A stretch of DNA of 63,963 nt, the filler included, from Octopus bimaculoides (taxonomy: Eukaryota): the NCBI RefSeq assembly GCF_001194135.2. It is 7 parts of 7 records of this genome, joined end to end, with 100 filler letters (N's around TTAATTAATTAA, not from the genome) between each part and the next. Parts side by side here need not be neighbours in the genome. Positions count along the whole stretch, not along the records: positions 1 to 16,105 come from NC_068989.1; 6 more parts are not named here. One strand, written 5' to 3'. The position numbers and the translations under genes were made by a program. Numbering within the stretch: position 1 is the stretch's first letter; every line of letters starts with the position of its first letter. Positions 1 through 13,472 of this stretch are shown here, in pieces. Under the pieces are notes generated by a model. That model was not told where the DNA came from, ran no database searches, and saw only the letters and a program-made list of their open reading frames with translations.

Positions 1-667
1 TATATATATATCCTTTAAGTCTTTTTATGTGAAGTGATTTTGTGTGCGCTCACTCACAAAAGCTCCAATGATACGATACAACCAGAACACTAAAGCGAAT
101 TTTGCCTGAGGAAACGAACACGTGCATTAATATTCCCCTTAAAATCTATAGAGTTTGCAAATCATACTCGTAATATCGTATAAGTGGGGAATACAACAAA
201 AGCATGTGGTTTGTGGAAACGTACGTAGCAATGCTTTAAAGTATTTATGAATGTCCATTCACAATTTCTTGTTATTACAATACGCACACACACACACTTA
301 TATATGTATGCATGCATGTACATACACACACGCACACACATACGCACACACGCGCGTGCACATACACACTCACATACACAAACAAATATGCATGTTGTGA
401 GAATAGGCGGTGACTGGGATTTGAACCTAATAACTCTCACAATAAATTCTTTATCCTACGAATGTATTAAGTTCTCTGTTTCCTAGAGATTGTAGTACGT
501 CGTTCACCATAATTACTCTTCTGTCACTTTCCGTCTGTCTGTTTGTCTGCCTGCCTCTCTCTCTCACTTTCTCTCTCTCAGTAATACTTATACACATATG
601 CATACATACCTGTATACATATACAGATATATATATATATATATACATACATACATACTCTTATATGA

Positions 668-711
<44 letters not shown>

Positions 712-1001
712 GTATGTAATTACATACATACATATATGACAGTAATAAACAGTCTGAATTTCAAAATAACCTGAACGATTATTTATTAGGAAGAAGAGAA
801 TGTTGAAAAAGAAAATACACTAAACGTAAACAAAATATAAAAATAAAAATGAATGAAAATGAATAGAAAGAAACAAAGCAACCAAACCTAGCATTCAGCT
901 TTTCTTGCAGTTGTGAAAGGACACCGTTTTAAGAGCGTGAACATTTGTTTGTTTCTTGCATACGACCATTATTAATCTGTGTTGCCGAGAAGCACGTTTC
1001 G

Positions 1002-1330
1002 TTTTTAACATTCACCATTTTGAATGAACTCTTTTTTAGCATTCTCCATTTTTAATCAACTCTTTTTAATATTCCCCATTGTAAATCAACCTTTTTTTTA
1101 ACAATCACCATTTTCAATTAACTCTTTTTAACAACCACCGTTTAAAATTAACTCTTTTAACATGTTCCGTCTTGAATCAACTCCTTCAATATCCAGTATT
1201 TTGAATCAACTTTTATTAACTTGAAGCGTTTTCAGCTAGCTTATTTTAACATCCACCATTTGGAATTAAATCTTTTTAACAGCATCCATTTTGGACCAAC
1301 TATTTTTAACATCCATGGTCTTGAATCAAA
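1002..1330. repeat. degenerate minisatellite, about 30-bp unit (tttttaacattcaccattttgaatcaactc), about 11 copies
   Basis: Recurrent ttttaaca...ccatt...aatcaact at about 30-bp period. Confidence 0.8.
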
Positions 1331-1788
1331 TTTGAGTTAACAAAGTAGCTTCTATGTGGTATCCGTACTTGTTAGAAATAGCAACCTCATCTCCTTCAAT
1401 AATCACTTTACTGTCTGGAAAATAGATCGACTGCCTTAGGATTATAACATCTCATTTAACAATTATCTTGGATAAACTTTCCTCTGGTAAAAATATTTTA
1501 TATTTTAAGCAACTACTTATAACTATTACACCAAAGTATCCAGTTACTTCACTGCCATAGAAAGTGTAAAGCGTAGCACCATATGATAACAGTATTAATT
1601 TAAATTAAAATATATTTAATTTGGTAAATCTTGAAAAGAGAAGGAATGTCATTGATTGTCATTGATGAAGTCACGATTGGCGACAAAAGAACTTTGACAA
1701 ACCTATCTGATAGACTAATTGGTAGAGCGATTAATTAATTAATTGATTAAATGTTAGTGAATTGACTAATAGTAATAATGATTTCGTC

Positions 1789-2612
1789 TTTTGGCACCGG
1801 GTCAGTGCTTTTAAGGGAGGGGTAAGTGAATTACACCGACACCAGTGTTCAACTGGTGCTTATTTCATCGACCCCGAAATAATGAAATGCAAAGTCGCCC
1901 GTAGTAGAATTTGAACTCAGAACATAAAGAGTGACGAACGGTCGTTAAGCATCTTGCTTGGCACAATAATGATTCCGCCAGTTCCTTACCTACAGTTGAC
2001 GAAAAATAATCCTCTCTACTATAGGGACAATGCCTGAAATTTTGGGGATGGGGATTAGCCAATTACATCGACCCTAGTATTCAACTGGTATTTATTTTAT
2101 TGACCCCCCCCTCCCAATACATTCCGACTTTGGCGGAATGTAACGACGGGCGACGTGCTGCTGAGCATTATGTCTAGCTTGTTATTGATTCTATTAGCTG
2201 GCGCGCGGCCTCAAGTGAAGATGTTAATAGCCTATTTGTTTGTGGTCAGAGGGAAATGATCACAGGTTTCTGACAAAGGATCAGAACAGTGCAACAATTG
2301 TAGTCTTCTTTTACACTCAGAGAAATATTTAGAGAAAAAACATGACTACATTTATCGGTGTATATCTACATATTTACCTCAACCAAAGTCAAAGTCTTGT
2401 ACTTTTTCGATTCAGATATGCCTTTAACTCATATTGGCTCCAAATTGTGGTACAGGGCGAGCAATTTCTACCCTCATTGCTCAACTAGTATTTATTTTAT
2501 CGACTCGAAAGAATAAAAGGTAAAGTTGACTTCGGCGGAATTTGAACTCAGAACATAACAAACAAAATGCCGCAAAGCATTTTGACTGGCGTGCTAACGA
2601 TTCTGCTATCTC
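1789..2612 (-). mobile_element. cluster of three decayed tRNA-derived SINE family A copies (about 1789-1985, 2011-2200, 2430-2612)
   Basis: Reverse complement of the core gttctgagttcaaattccgccgaggtcgactttg (B-box-like) and the aagtaccag...ggggtcgatgtaat segment. Confidence 0.75.
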
Positions 2613-3204
2613 ACTGCCCTATGCATTTAACCAATACTGTTTCATTTTTTTTTTACCGTAAGACTTATTCTTCAAACACACACACACACACACACACTCA
2701 TACACACATACATACACTCACACACACATACACACATGTACACGCTCTCATACACGTCCTTCGTAGTTAGCGTTTGTTTGCCTTCAGCTCAGTTCTTACC
2801 CAGACAACCTATGACCCAAAATGTCCAAATCTTGTTCAAATGATAGCTTTTTATTCATACATACTATATCCAGGTTCACGTTATTCAAAATATTTTCCAC
2901 CTATAAAAAAACAAAACAAAAGAGTAGGGCATTCTTTGAGGGAAAATCTATACTATTTCTTGTAGATCGAGCGACCGCTGCGTCGTTTTCCTTTTGATTA
3001 GTCTATGACAACCTAATTTCATGTCGCTGCAGAGTTTTTATTCGGCTTATGTCCTGGTGGCGGCGGTAACAATAGAACAACTTTACAGTGATAATAACCA
3101 GCTCTATCACCATTGCAGTCGTTTAAGGCACCACAAGTCTTTACTTGGTGAAGCCTAACAGTTACTCTCGTCTAGTCACGTTTCTTTTCCGACGTAATTT
3201 GTAT

Positions 3205-3238
<34 letters not shown>

Positions 3239-3337
3239 TTGTATTATTGCATGTCTCGTCCCATCCTTCATGACTTTGCGTTGGCAAAGTCTCATGCGGT
3301 CATGTTTAAAGTTCGCAGAACAAATTATATTGTATGC

Positions 3338-3411
<74 letters not shown>

Positions 3412-3451
3412 TTACCTACCTACCTACCTACCTACCTACTTGCCTGCCTGC

Positions 3452-3508
<57 letters not shown>

Positions 3509-3521
3509 CATCTATCTATCC

Positions 3522-3568
<47 letters not shown>

Positions 3569-3578
3569 CATCCATCGA

Positions 3579-3610
<32 letters not shown>

Positions 3611-3640
3611 CTTACTTAGTCTATCTATCTATCAATCTAT
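3338..3640. repeat. compound tetranucleotide microsatellite (TATC/TACC/TGCC/CATC/TGTC), preceded by (GT)n at 3207-3235
   Basis: Direct reading; explains the YLSI-type ORFs. Confidence 0.95.
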
Positions 3641-4091
3641 CTGTCTATATGTGTGTGGTGGGTGTGTGTATGTCTGCATAAATATATATATATACATATA
3701 CACATACGCATACACATACATACAGACACATACACACACACACAGGTTGACGTAGTACGCACACACTTATATGTTTAGATGTACCAGTTTGTAAGGAAAG
3801 CGGAAGATAATATTCATAGGATTTATTCATGTTTATTAAAACTGAGGACTCGTCTCCTACTCGAATTTCACGCTGTACGATCGTTTAGTTGCATGAGAGG
3901 TCGCAGAGTGTGAAACTCAAGTACCGACTAAATCACCAAAACCCGGATTTAGATTGCGAAGCGAGCTTAAATCAGATGTGATTTAGCGAAGTGGTTTTTA
4001 CGTGGTTCCTGTACCTGTTAGAAATAGCAACCACATCTCCTTTAATGATCACTGCACTGTCTTAAAAAATGATCGACTACTTTAAGCTTAA

Positions 4092-4258
4092 AACAACTCT
4101 TTTACTCTTTTACTCTTTTACTTGTTTCAGTCATTTGACTGCGACCATGCTGGAGCACCGCCTTTAGTCGAGCAAATCGACCCCAGGACTTATTCTTTGT
4201 AAGCCTAGTACTTATTCTATCGGCGTCTTTTTGCCGAATCGCTAAGTTACAGGGACGT

Positions 4259-4303
<45 letters not shown>

Positions 4304-4411
4304 CATATACATATATACGACGGGCTTCTTTCAGTTTCCGTCTACCAAATCCACTGACAAGGCTTTGGTAGGCCCGAGGCTATAGTGGATGACACTTGCC
4401 CAAGGTGCCAT
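4092..4411 (-). mobile_element. SINE family B copy (body + CA/TA microsatellite + CR1-like tail), truncated by an N gap
   Basis: Reverse complement of ggcaccttgggcaagtgtc...gtggatttggtagacggaaactgaaagaagcccgtcg and of the tail ggcggtgctccagcatggtcgcagtcaaatgactgaaacaagtaaaagag. Confidence 0.85.
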
Positions 4412-4916
4412 NNNNNNNNNNNNNNNNNNNNNNNNNNNNNNNNNNNNNNNNNNNNNNNNNNNNNNNNNNNNNNNNNNNNNNNNNNNNNNNNNNNNNNNNN
4501 NNNNNNNNNNNNNNNNNNNNNNNNNNNNNNNNNNNNNNNNNNNNNNNNNNNNNNNNNNNNNNNNNNNNNNNNNNNNNNNNNNNNNNNNNNNNNNNNNNNN
4601 NNNNNNNNNNNNNNNNNNNNNNNNNNNNNNNNNNNNNNNNNNNNNNNNNNNNNNNNNNNNNNNNNNNNNNNNNNNNNNNNNNNNNNNNNNNNNNNNNNNN
4701 NNNNNNNNNNNNNNNNNNNNNNNNNNNNNNNNNNNNNNNNNNNNNNNNNNNNNNNNNNNNNNNNNNNNNNNNNNNNNNNNNNNNNNNNNNNNNNNNNNNN
4801 NNNNNNNNNNNNNNNNNNNNNNNNNNNNNNNNNNNNNNNNNNNNNNNNNNNNNNNNNNNNNNNNNNNNNNNNNNNNNGTATATATATATATATATATGCG
4901 TGTGTATGAGTGCCTT

Positions 4917-5140
4917 TATGTATGTGTTTTTGTTCCCAACCACGGCTTGACAACCGGTGTTGGTGTGTTTACGTTCCTGTAACTTAGCTGTTCGGAATTA
5001 AGTACCAGGTTTGGGAAAAGAAAAAGTTAAGTACTACAGTCGATTAATTCAACTAAAAAAAAGCAAAGCAAAAGCTTCCAAGTGGTTACTCCAGCACGGC
5101 CGCAGTCTAATGACTGAAATAAGTAAAAGATAAAAAGAAA
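4917..5140 (+). mobile_element. SINE family B 3' half (tail), after the gap
   Basis: ttgacaaccggtgttggtgtgtttacgttcctgtaacttagc...ctccagcacggccgcagtctaatgactgaaataagtaaaaga. Confidence 0.75.
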
Positions 5141-5204
5141 AAAAGGTAACATAGATACAGGTGATATGAACGCAAGCACGTGGGCACTGAGAACATTATA
5201 TAGT

Positions 5205-5635
5205 CTTTTCTACTCTAGGTACAGAGGCCGGAAATATCTGGGGACGTGGGGCCTGGTGATTAAATCGACCCCAGTACGCAACTGGTATTTAATTCATCGA
5301 CTTCGAAAGGATGAAAGGCATTTGAACTCAGCGGAATTTGAACTCAGAACGTAGAAAAAGTTATATAGTGATAAAACACACACTGGTACGATTGTACCTA
5401 AAGTCAAGGCGGCGAGCTGGCAGAAACGTTAGCAGGCCGGGCGAAATGCTTAGCGGTATTTCGTCTGCCGTTACGTTCTNNNNNNNNNNTGTCTATACGT
5501 TCTGAGTTCAAATTCCACCGAGGTCGACTTTGCTTTTCATCCTTTCGGGGTCTATAAATTAAGCACCAGTTGCGTGCTGAGATCGTCTAATTAACTGGCC
5601 TCTTCCTCCAAAATTTCGAGCCTTGTGCCTTGAAT
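5205..5635. mobile_element. two SINE family A copies in opposite orientation (- about 5205-5352; + about 5410-5635)
   Basis: The + copy begins ggcgagctggcagaaacgttagcaggccgggcgaaatgcttagc (tRNA A-box-like) and has B-box-like gagttcaaattcc. Confidence 0.85.
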
Positions 5636-5649
5636 AGAATTATACCTAA

Positions 5650-6050
5650 ACACGCTGAAACACACACCTCCCATACACACAACACACACTCATACATACA
5701 CGCACACAATTACCCATACATGGGCATATACACACACTCACATACACGCACACACACGCACGCACACGCACGCACGCACGCACACACACACAAGAATGCA
5801 CATATACTCTACACACACAACCCCTCACACAATTCTACGCACATTCGCACTCGCACATACGCACATACACACACACATACACACACATACACACACATAC
5901 ATACACATACACACACAACATATACATACAGGCATACATATACATACACACACGCACACACATGCAGACATACACACGCACATACACACATGTGCGCATA
6001 CACGCACGCGCGCACACACACACGCACATACGCACGCGCACACATGTAGA
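5650..6050. repeat. degenerate (CA/CG/TA)n dinucleotide tract
   Basis: Direct reading; source of the HT/CV-rich ORFs. Confidence 0.9.
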
Positions 6051-7177
6051 GTGAATTGCGCCATAGTACTTTTTTTCTCAATGACAGTGCCCAACTGATT
6101 CTATTACACTGTGTAGTCGACAAAATCAAGACATAACAATGCGCATGCGCAAGATATTAAAACTCTNNNNNNNNNNNNNNNNNNNNNNNNNNNNNNNNNN
6201 NNNNNNNNNNNNNNNNNNNNNNNNNNNNNNNNNNNNNNNNNNNNNNNNNNNNNNNNNNNNNNNNNNNNNNNNNNNNNNNNNNNNNNNNNNNNNNNNNNNN
6301 NNNNNNNNNNNNNNNNNNNNNNNNNNNNNNNNNNNNNNNNNNNNNNNNNNNNNNNNNNNNNNNNNNNNNNNNNNNNNNNNNNNNNNNNNNNNNNNNNNNN
6401 NNNNNNNNNNNNNNNNNNNNNNNNNNNNNNNNNNNNNNNNNNNNNNNNNNNNNNNNNNNNNNNNNNNNNNNNNNNNNNNNNNNNNNNNNNNNNNNNNNNN
6501 NNNNNNNNNNNNNNNNNNNNNNNNNNNNNNNNNNNNNNNNNNNNNNNNNNNNNNNNNNNNNNNNNNNNNNNNNNNNNNNNNNNNNNNNNNNNNNNNNNNN
6601 NNNNNNNNNNNNNNNNNNNNNNNNNNNNNNNNNNNNNNNNNNNNNNNNNNNNNNNNNNNNNNNNNNNNNNNNNNNNNNNNNNNNNNNNNNNNNNNNNNNN
6701 NNNNNNNNNNNNNNNNNNNNNNNNNNNNNNNNNNNNNNNNNNNNNNNNNNNNNNNNNNNNNNNNNNNNNNNNNNNNNNNNNNNNNNNNNNNNNNNNNNNN
6801 NNNNNNNNNNNNNNNNNNNNNNNNNNNNNNNNNNNNNNNNNNNNNNNNNNNNNNNNNNNNNNNNNNNNNNNNNNNNNNNNNNNNNNNNNNNNNNNNNNNN
6901 NNNNNNNNNNNNNNNNNNNNNNNNNNNNNNNNNNNNNNNNNNNNNNNNNNNNNNNNNNNNNNNNNNNNNNNNNNNNNNNNNNNNNNNNNNNNNNNNNNNN
7001 NNNNNNNNNNNNNNNNNNNNNNNNNNNNNNNNNNNNNNNNNNNNNNNNNNNNNNNNNNNNNNNNNNNNNNNNNNNNNNNNNNNNNNNNNNNNNNNNNNNN
7101 NNNNNNNNNNNNNNNNNNNNNNNNNNNNNNNNNNNNNNNNNNNNNNNNNNNNNNNNNNNNNNNAGTCTGTCTATCTG

Positions 7178-7243
<66 letters not shown>

Positions 7244-7759
7244 AATCTATCAATCTATCTATCTAACACTGGGAGAGAGAGGAGGAAGAGAAGTTTGAGA
7301 GAAAAACAAATAGGCTATACCCAGAGAGTATATATAAAGGTTACATTGCCAGCAAGGTTAGTTTCACAATGTCGAGTAAGACTGACATTAACGCCGGTCT
7401 CTGTGTTCTTCTGGCCAAATGTTAAGTGCTGACCTCAGCAAAGGTCATCCGGCTCTCCGCATCAGAAGATCAAACGAACATCGTTAAAACATAACAAACA
7501 ACGGAATGAAGTATAAACATACATATACATACGTTTATATATTATATTATATGTAAATACCTGTATGTATGTATGTATGCTTGTATGTATGTACGTCTGT
7601 ATGTCTGTATGTATGTATGTATGTATGTATGTGTATGTATGTATGTATATGCTTTAAGTACTCATATACTCACATAAAGAAATAGCAGGAATGGTATTTT
7701 TATTGAAGCTGAAAAAAAATTCAGGATTATTATTTACTGTGGTTTCAACATTCTAATAT

Positions 7760-7828
<69 letters not shown>

Positions 7829-7859
7829 TACACACGCATTTTTATATATACATAATACA

Positions 7860-7915
<56 letters not shown>

Positions 7916-8239
7916 NNNNNNNNNNNNNNNNNNNNNNNNNNNNNNNNNNNNNNNNNNNNNNNNNNNNNNNNNNNNNNNNNNNNNNNNNNNNNNNNNNNNN
8001 NNNNNNNNNNNNNNNNNNNNNNNNNNNNNNNNNNNNNNNNNNNNNNNNNNNNNNNNNNNNNNNNNNNNNNNNNNNNNNNNNNNNNNNNNNNNNNNNNNNN
8101 NNNNNNNNNNNNNNNNNNNNNNNNNNNNNNNNNNNNNNNNNNNNNNNNNNNNNNNNNNNNNNNNNNNNNNNNNNNNNNNNNNNNNNNNNNNNNNNNNNAT
8201 ATATGTATGTATGTATATATATATATATTAATATTGAGG

Positions 8240-8500
8240 ATATCTGGATACATCTGGAAGATCCTGGAAGGAATTGTGCCAAATTTTGGCATTGAAAGCT
8301 GCACCAATGCCAGAACGGGACGACACTGCATAGTGCCAAAGATCCCAGATGAACCTAACTCGCGGCAGGAGGTGCAAATGAGGGTTGCTAAATCAAACTC
8401 CATTCTTCGCCAAGTGTCACATATTGTAAGAGGCTCCCTGTAATAACAGTGTAGCAACACGGTGGTGCATCAGCATGGCCGCAGCTCTAAGCTGAAACTT
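8240..8500 (+). mobile_element. CR1-type LINE 3' fragment with an internal deletion
   Basis: Translates YIWKILEGIVPNFGIESCTNARTGRHCIVPKIP; aligns to the 11.2-12.1 kb copy; ends ggtggtgcatcagcatggccgcagctctaagctgaaac. Confidence 0.8.
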
Positions 8501-8684
8501 AAAAAAAAAAAGAAAAAAAATATAATCATTAAAATTATTATATCAGTGCCTAACGTATAAGAAACGAGCATATTGGTAAAATTAATTTTTAAGCACATTG
8601 TTATAAAAATGCAATTATAATTAAGGGCGCTGGAATATCAGCACCTATACGTTGGAAGCAGATGTATATACATACATATATACA

Positions 8685-8784
<100 letters not shown>

Positions 8785-8940
8785 TACGTAAGCAAACACA
8801 CACACATGTAAATGTATGAATGTATGCATCTATGTATATGTATATGTATATATCTATGTATATTTAATTGAAGAGTCAACACAAACACGAAAAAATACTA
8901 CGAGAAAAACAATTTATCTAACCATCAGTCTGTCTATCTG

Positions 8941-9022
<82 letters not shown>

Positions 9023-11174
9023 AATCTATCAATCTATCTATCTAACACTGGGAGAGAGAGGAGGANNNNNNNNNNNNNNNNNNNNNNNNNNNNNNNNNNN
9101 NNNNNNNNNNNNNNNNNNNNNNNNNNNNNNNNNNNNNNNNNNNNNNNNNNNNNNNNNNNNNNNNNNNNNNNNNNNNNNNNNNNNNNNNNNNNNNNNNNNN
9201 NNNNNNNNNNNNNNNNNNNNNNNNNNNNNNNNNNNNNNNNNNNNNNNNNNNNNNNNNNNNNNNNNNNNNNNNNNNNNNNNNNNNNNNNNNNNNNNNNNNN
9301 NNNNNNNNNNNNNNNNNNNNNNNNNNNNNNNNNNNNNNNNNNNNNNNNNNNNNNNNNNNNNNNNNNNNNNNNNNNNNNNNNNNNNNNNNNNNNNNNNNNN
9401 NNNNNNNNNNNNNNNNNNNNNNNNNNNNNNNNNNNNNNNNNNNNNNNNNNNNNNNNNNNNNNNNNNNNNNNNNNNNNNNNNNNNNNNNNNNNNNNNNNNN
9501 NNNNNNNNNNNNNNNNNNNNNNNNNNNNNNNNNNNNNNNNNNNNNNNNNNNNNNNNNNNNNNNNNNNNNNNNNNNNNNNNNNNNNNNNNNNNNNNNNNNN
9601 NNNNNNNNNNNNNNNNNNNNNNNNNNNNNNNNNNNNNNNNNNNNNNNNNNNNNNNNNNNNNNNNNNNNNNNNNNNNNNNNNNNNNNNNNNNNNNNNNNNN
9701 NNNNNNNNNNNNNNNNNNNNNNNNNNNNNNNNNNNNNNNNNNNNNNNNNNNNNNNNNNNNNNNNNNNNNNNNNNNNNNNNNNNNNNNNNNNNNNNNNNNN
9801 NNNNNNNNNNNNNNNNNNNNNNNNNNNNNNNNNNNNNNNNNNNNNNNNNNNNNNNNNNNNNNNNNNNNNNNNNNNNNNNNNNNNNNNNNNNNNNNNNNNN
9901 NNNNNNNNNNNNNNNNNNNNNNNNNNNNNNNNNNNNNNNNNNNNNNNNNNNNNNNNNNNNNNNNNNNNNNNNNNNNNNNNNNNNNNNNNNNNNNNNNNNN
10001 NNNTATATATATATATATATATATATTTGGTGAATAGATTCGATAAAATTTGTTTTCAACATGGGAAGTTGTAGTGAAAAACACGTAAAGGAGGGAATTG
10101 CACAGAAATTATATTTTGGAGAAAATATATATATCCATTTTTATGGGATAAAATAATATTGAGATATTCGACCGGTTTCGCTTGTGCTAATCATGACTAA
10201 CAAGTTAGTGATGATGTTACAATTTCATGTTACCATAAGAAGTTTTCATTGCATGTCAGAAGGAGAAAGAGTATTTTTTAAATGAATCAGGTGGTAAATA
10301 TGCTTAGGGGAGATAATTAATTATTGCTATTATTAGAAATAAGGAAGGTAATAACACCTGTTTTGGAGGTGAATTGATTATATTTAGACTACAAAGATAT
10401 AAATTTATGAACCAAAATAATCGTAAAAAGGACATTCTTCTTGCATTCCGTTATCTCCTTTCTATCCTAACACCATGGGTTCAGCTTTTACTGGGACTGT
10501 CGATAATAAAAACATAGTCTAAGAGGAGGTATTCTCTGCAGGCGAAATGCAACAACGATTAGCATATTCTCGGAACGCATTAGGAAAAGAACTTGTGCAA
10601 GCACACGAAAACTTATTGTCAATTTGGTAGACAAAAGTACGCATCACCAAATAAATGTTTCCTAAATTCTATAAACCAGATCACTCAACTTTGATTGGAC
10701 TTGTTGATTCAGGAGTAGGTTTGGCTGAAGGAACACAACCAGCTCGAAACACCGGAACCTCTATGTCACCCCACGTCAATGAATTTAAGGCGTCAACAGA
10801 GATCAACTTAAAGGTATTATATATGTATTTATGTATATATATATATATATATNNNNNNNNNNNNNNNNNNNNNNNNNNNNNNNNNNNNNNNNNNNNNNNN
10901 NNNNNNNNNNNNNNNNNNNNNNNNNNNNNNNNNNNNNNNNNNNNNNNNNNNNNNNNNNNNNNNGAGAGAGAGAGAGAGAGAGAGAGTGAGAGAGAGAGAG
11001 AGAAATACCTTTACAGCTGTTTCAAATATTCGGCGATTGATTCATGCTGTAATGCATATTATACAATCACAGATACACAGACTCAATTAAATGTATGTAT
11101 TGATGTATCTATAGCATTTATCTCTATGTATGCATGCAAATAGGGATTGTGTTGTATATATATATATATACTAA

Positions 11175-12075
11175 ATCGTTTGATAAGCGCCTGATAGCTC
11201 ACCGGTGAAGCTCGTTCGAGGACAACAGCATGCAGTTTAATGCAGGAAAATTCCAAGCCCTGCGCTACCACCAAACAAAGCTGAACGACTAGCTGACAGG
11301 ATACACTGACCCGCGAGGAATTGCAATCCCTGAATCAAAATCAGTGCGTGACCTGGGCACTGATATAAGCAATGATGCGTCTTTCCAGGTGTATATTACC
11401 ATTTGGTAATAAAATGCAGACGGCTGGATGGATGGATCCTCCGAACTTTTAAAAGACAAGATAAAAGGGCACAATGATGATCCCTTGCAGGGTATATGTT
11501 TTCAGCCGATGGTCACCACACAATGTAAAATTAACGGCAATCCAAAGAAGCTACACAAAGAGAATCATCTCAGTGCAACGTATCAGCTACAGGGAAAGAT
11601 TGATTGAATCAAAAATTCTTCTCCTTAGAACGAAAGTAGGAAAGATATGCAGTGATATATATCTAGACAATCATGAAAGGCTTTGTACCAAACTTTGGCA
11701 TTGAAAGTTACACAAACAGCAGAACGGGGCGTCACTGCATGGTGTCAAAGATCCCAGCATCGCCATCAAAATACAGGACCAGATACTGCAACGGTTAGGA
11801 CTTCAAAGTTCTACAACTCTTCAATATCCTTCCAAAATGCCTGAGAGACCAACACGGTGTGGATGTAGGTGTCTCTAAAGCAAAACTGGATCTCCTCCAG
11901 TCAAGGGTTCCAGATGAGTCTCTCTCACGGCAGGAAACAATGATGGGGGACAGCAGCATCAAACTTCCTCATTGACAAAATGTCACGTGTCTGAGGAGGT
12001 TTCAAATAATGGTGTAGCACAGTCAACGGTGGTGCACCAGCATGATCGCAGCTTTGAAGCTGAAATATTTTAAAG
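11175..12075 (+). mobile_element. decayed CR1-clade LINE, 5'-truncated (RT C-terminus + 3' UTR)
   Basis: Translation DNSMQFNAGKFQALRY...SKSVRDLG..ISNDASF...IQRSYTKRI..SYRERL...NFGIESYTN.RTGRHC..., typical of CR1/L2-group RT C-termini; contains stops and frameshifts. Confidence 0.85.
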
Positions 12076-13421
12076 AATAAAAGATATACATATATATACA
12101 TATATNNNNNNNNNNNNNNNNNNNNNNNNNNNNNNNNNNNNNNNNNNNNNNNNNNNNNNNNNNNNNNNNNNNNNNNNNNNNNNNNNNNNNNNNNNNNNNN
12201 NNNNNNNNNNNNNNNNNNNNNNNNNNNNNNNNNNNNNNNNNNNNNNNNNNNNNNNNNNNNNNNNNNNNNNNNNNNNNNNNNNNNNNNNNNNNNNNNNNNN
12301 NNNNNNNNNNNNNNNNNNNNNNNNNNNNNNNNNNNNNNNNNNNNNNNNNNNNNNNNNNNNNNNNNNNNNNNNNNNNNNNNNNNNNNNNNNNNNNNNNNNN
12401 NNNNNNNNNNNNNNNNNNNNNNNNNNNNNNNNNNNNNNNNNNNNNNNNNNNNNNNNNNNNNNNNNNNNNNNNNNNNNNNNNNNNNNNNNNNNNNNNNNNN
12501 NNNNNNNNNNNNNNNNNNNNNNNNNNNNNNNNNNNNNNNNNNNNNNNNNNNNNNNNNNNNNNNNNNNNNNNNNNNNNNNNNNNNNNNNNNNNNNNNNNNN
12601 NNNNNNNNNNNNNNNNNNNNNNNNNNNNNNNNNNNNNNNNNNNNNNNNNNNNNNNNNNNNNNNNNNNNNNNNNNNNNNNNNNNNNNNNNNNNNNNNNNNN
12701 NNNNNNNNNNNNNNNNNNNNNNNNNNNNNNNNNNNNNNNNNNNNNNNNNNNNNNNNNNNNNNNNNNNNNNNNNNNNNNNNNNNNNNNNNNNNNNNNNNNN
12801 NNNNNNNNNNNNNNNNNNNNNNNNNNNNNNNNNNNNNNNNNNNNNNNNNNNNNNNNNNNNNNNNNNNNNNNNNNNNNNNNNNNNNNNNNNNNNNNNNNNN
12901 NNNNNNNNNNNNNNNNNNNNNNNNNNNNNNNNNNNNNNNNNNNNNNNNNNNNNNNNNNNNNNNNNNNNNNNNNNNNNNNNNNNNNNNNNNNNNNNNATAT
13001 ATATATATATATATATATACATACATACATTTATATGTACTCAGACGTTATCACATTCACAATACACACACACACACACACATACACACACTTCCCATAC
13101 ACTTATATTATCATTTTCTTATTCAAATATTATATAGTAGTTTTATTATTTGTATTTCTCTCCAATTTTCTCTATTTAATAGATCTATCGTTTCCCTTCA
13201 TTTTTATACAATGTTGTGTGCTGTGCTTTTATTCAGATACCTTGCCTCTAGTTTATTACATCTATATAATTTCACCTTATATCTATTTCCTAATAATTCA
13301 TTTTATTAAAATTTTCACAACATTTATTATTACATTGCTTCCGACATTTTCAATTTTACGTTTGTATTTCTTTATACTCGTATACACACACACACACGCA
13401 CACACACACGTATACGCACAA

Positions 13422-13472
<51 letters not shown>

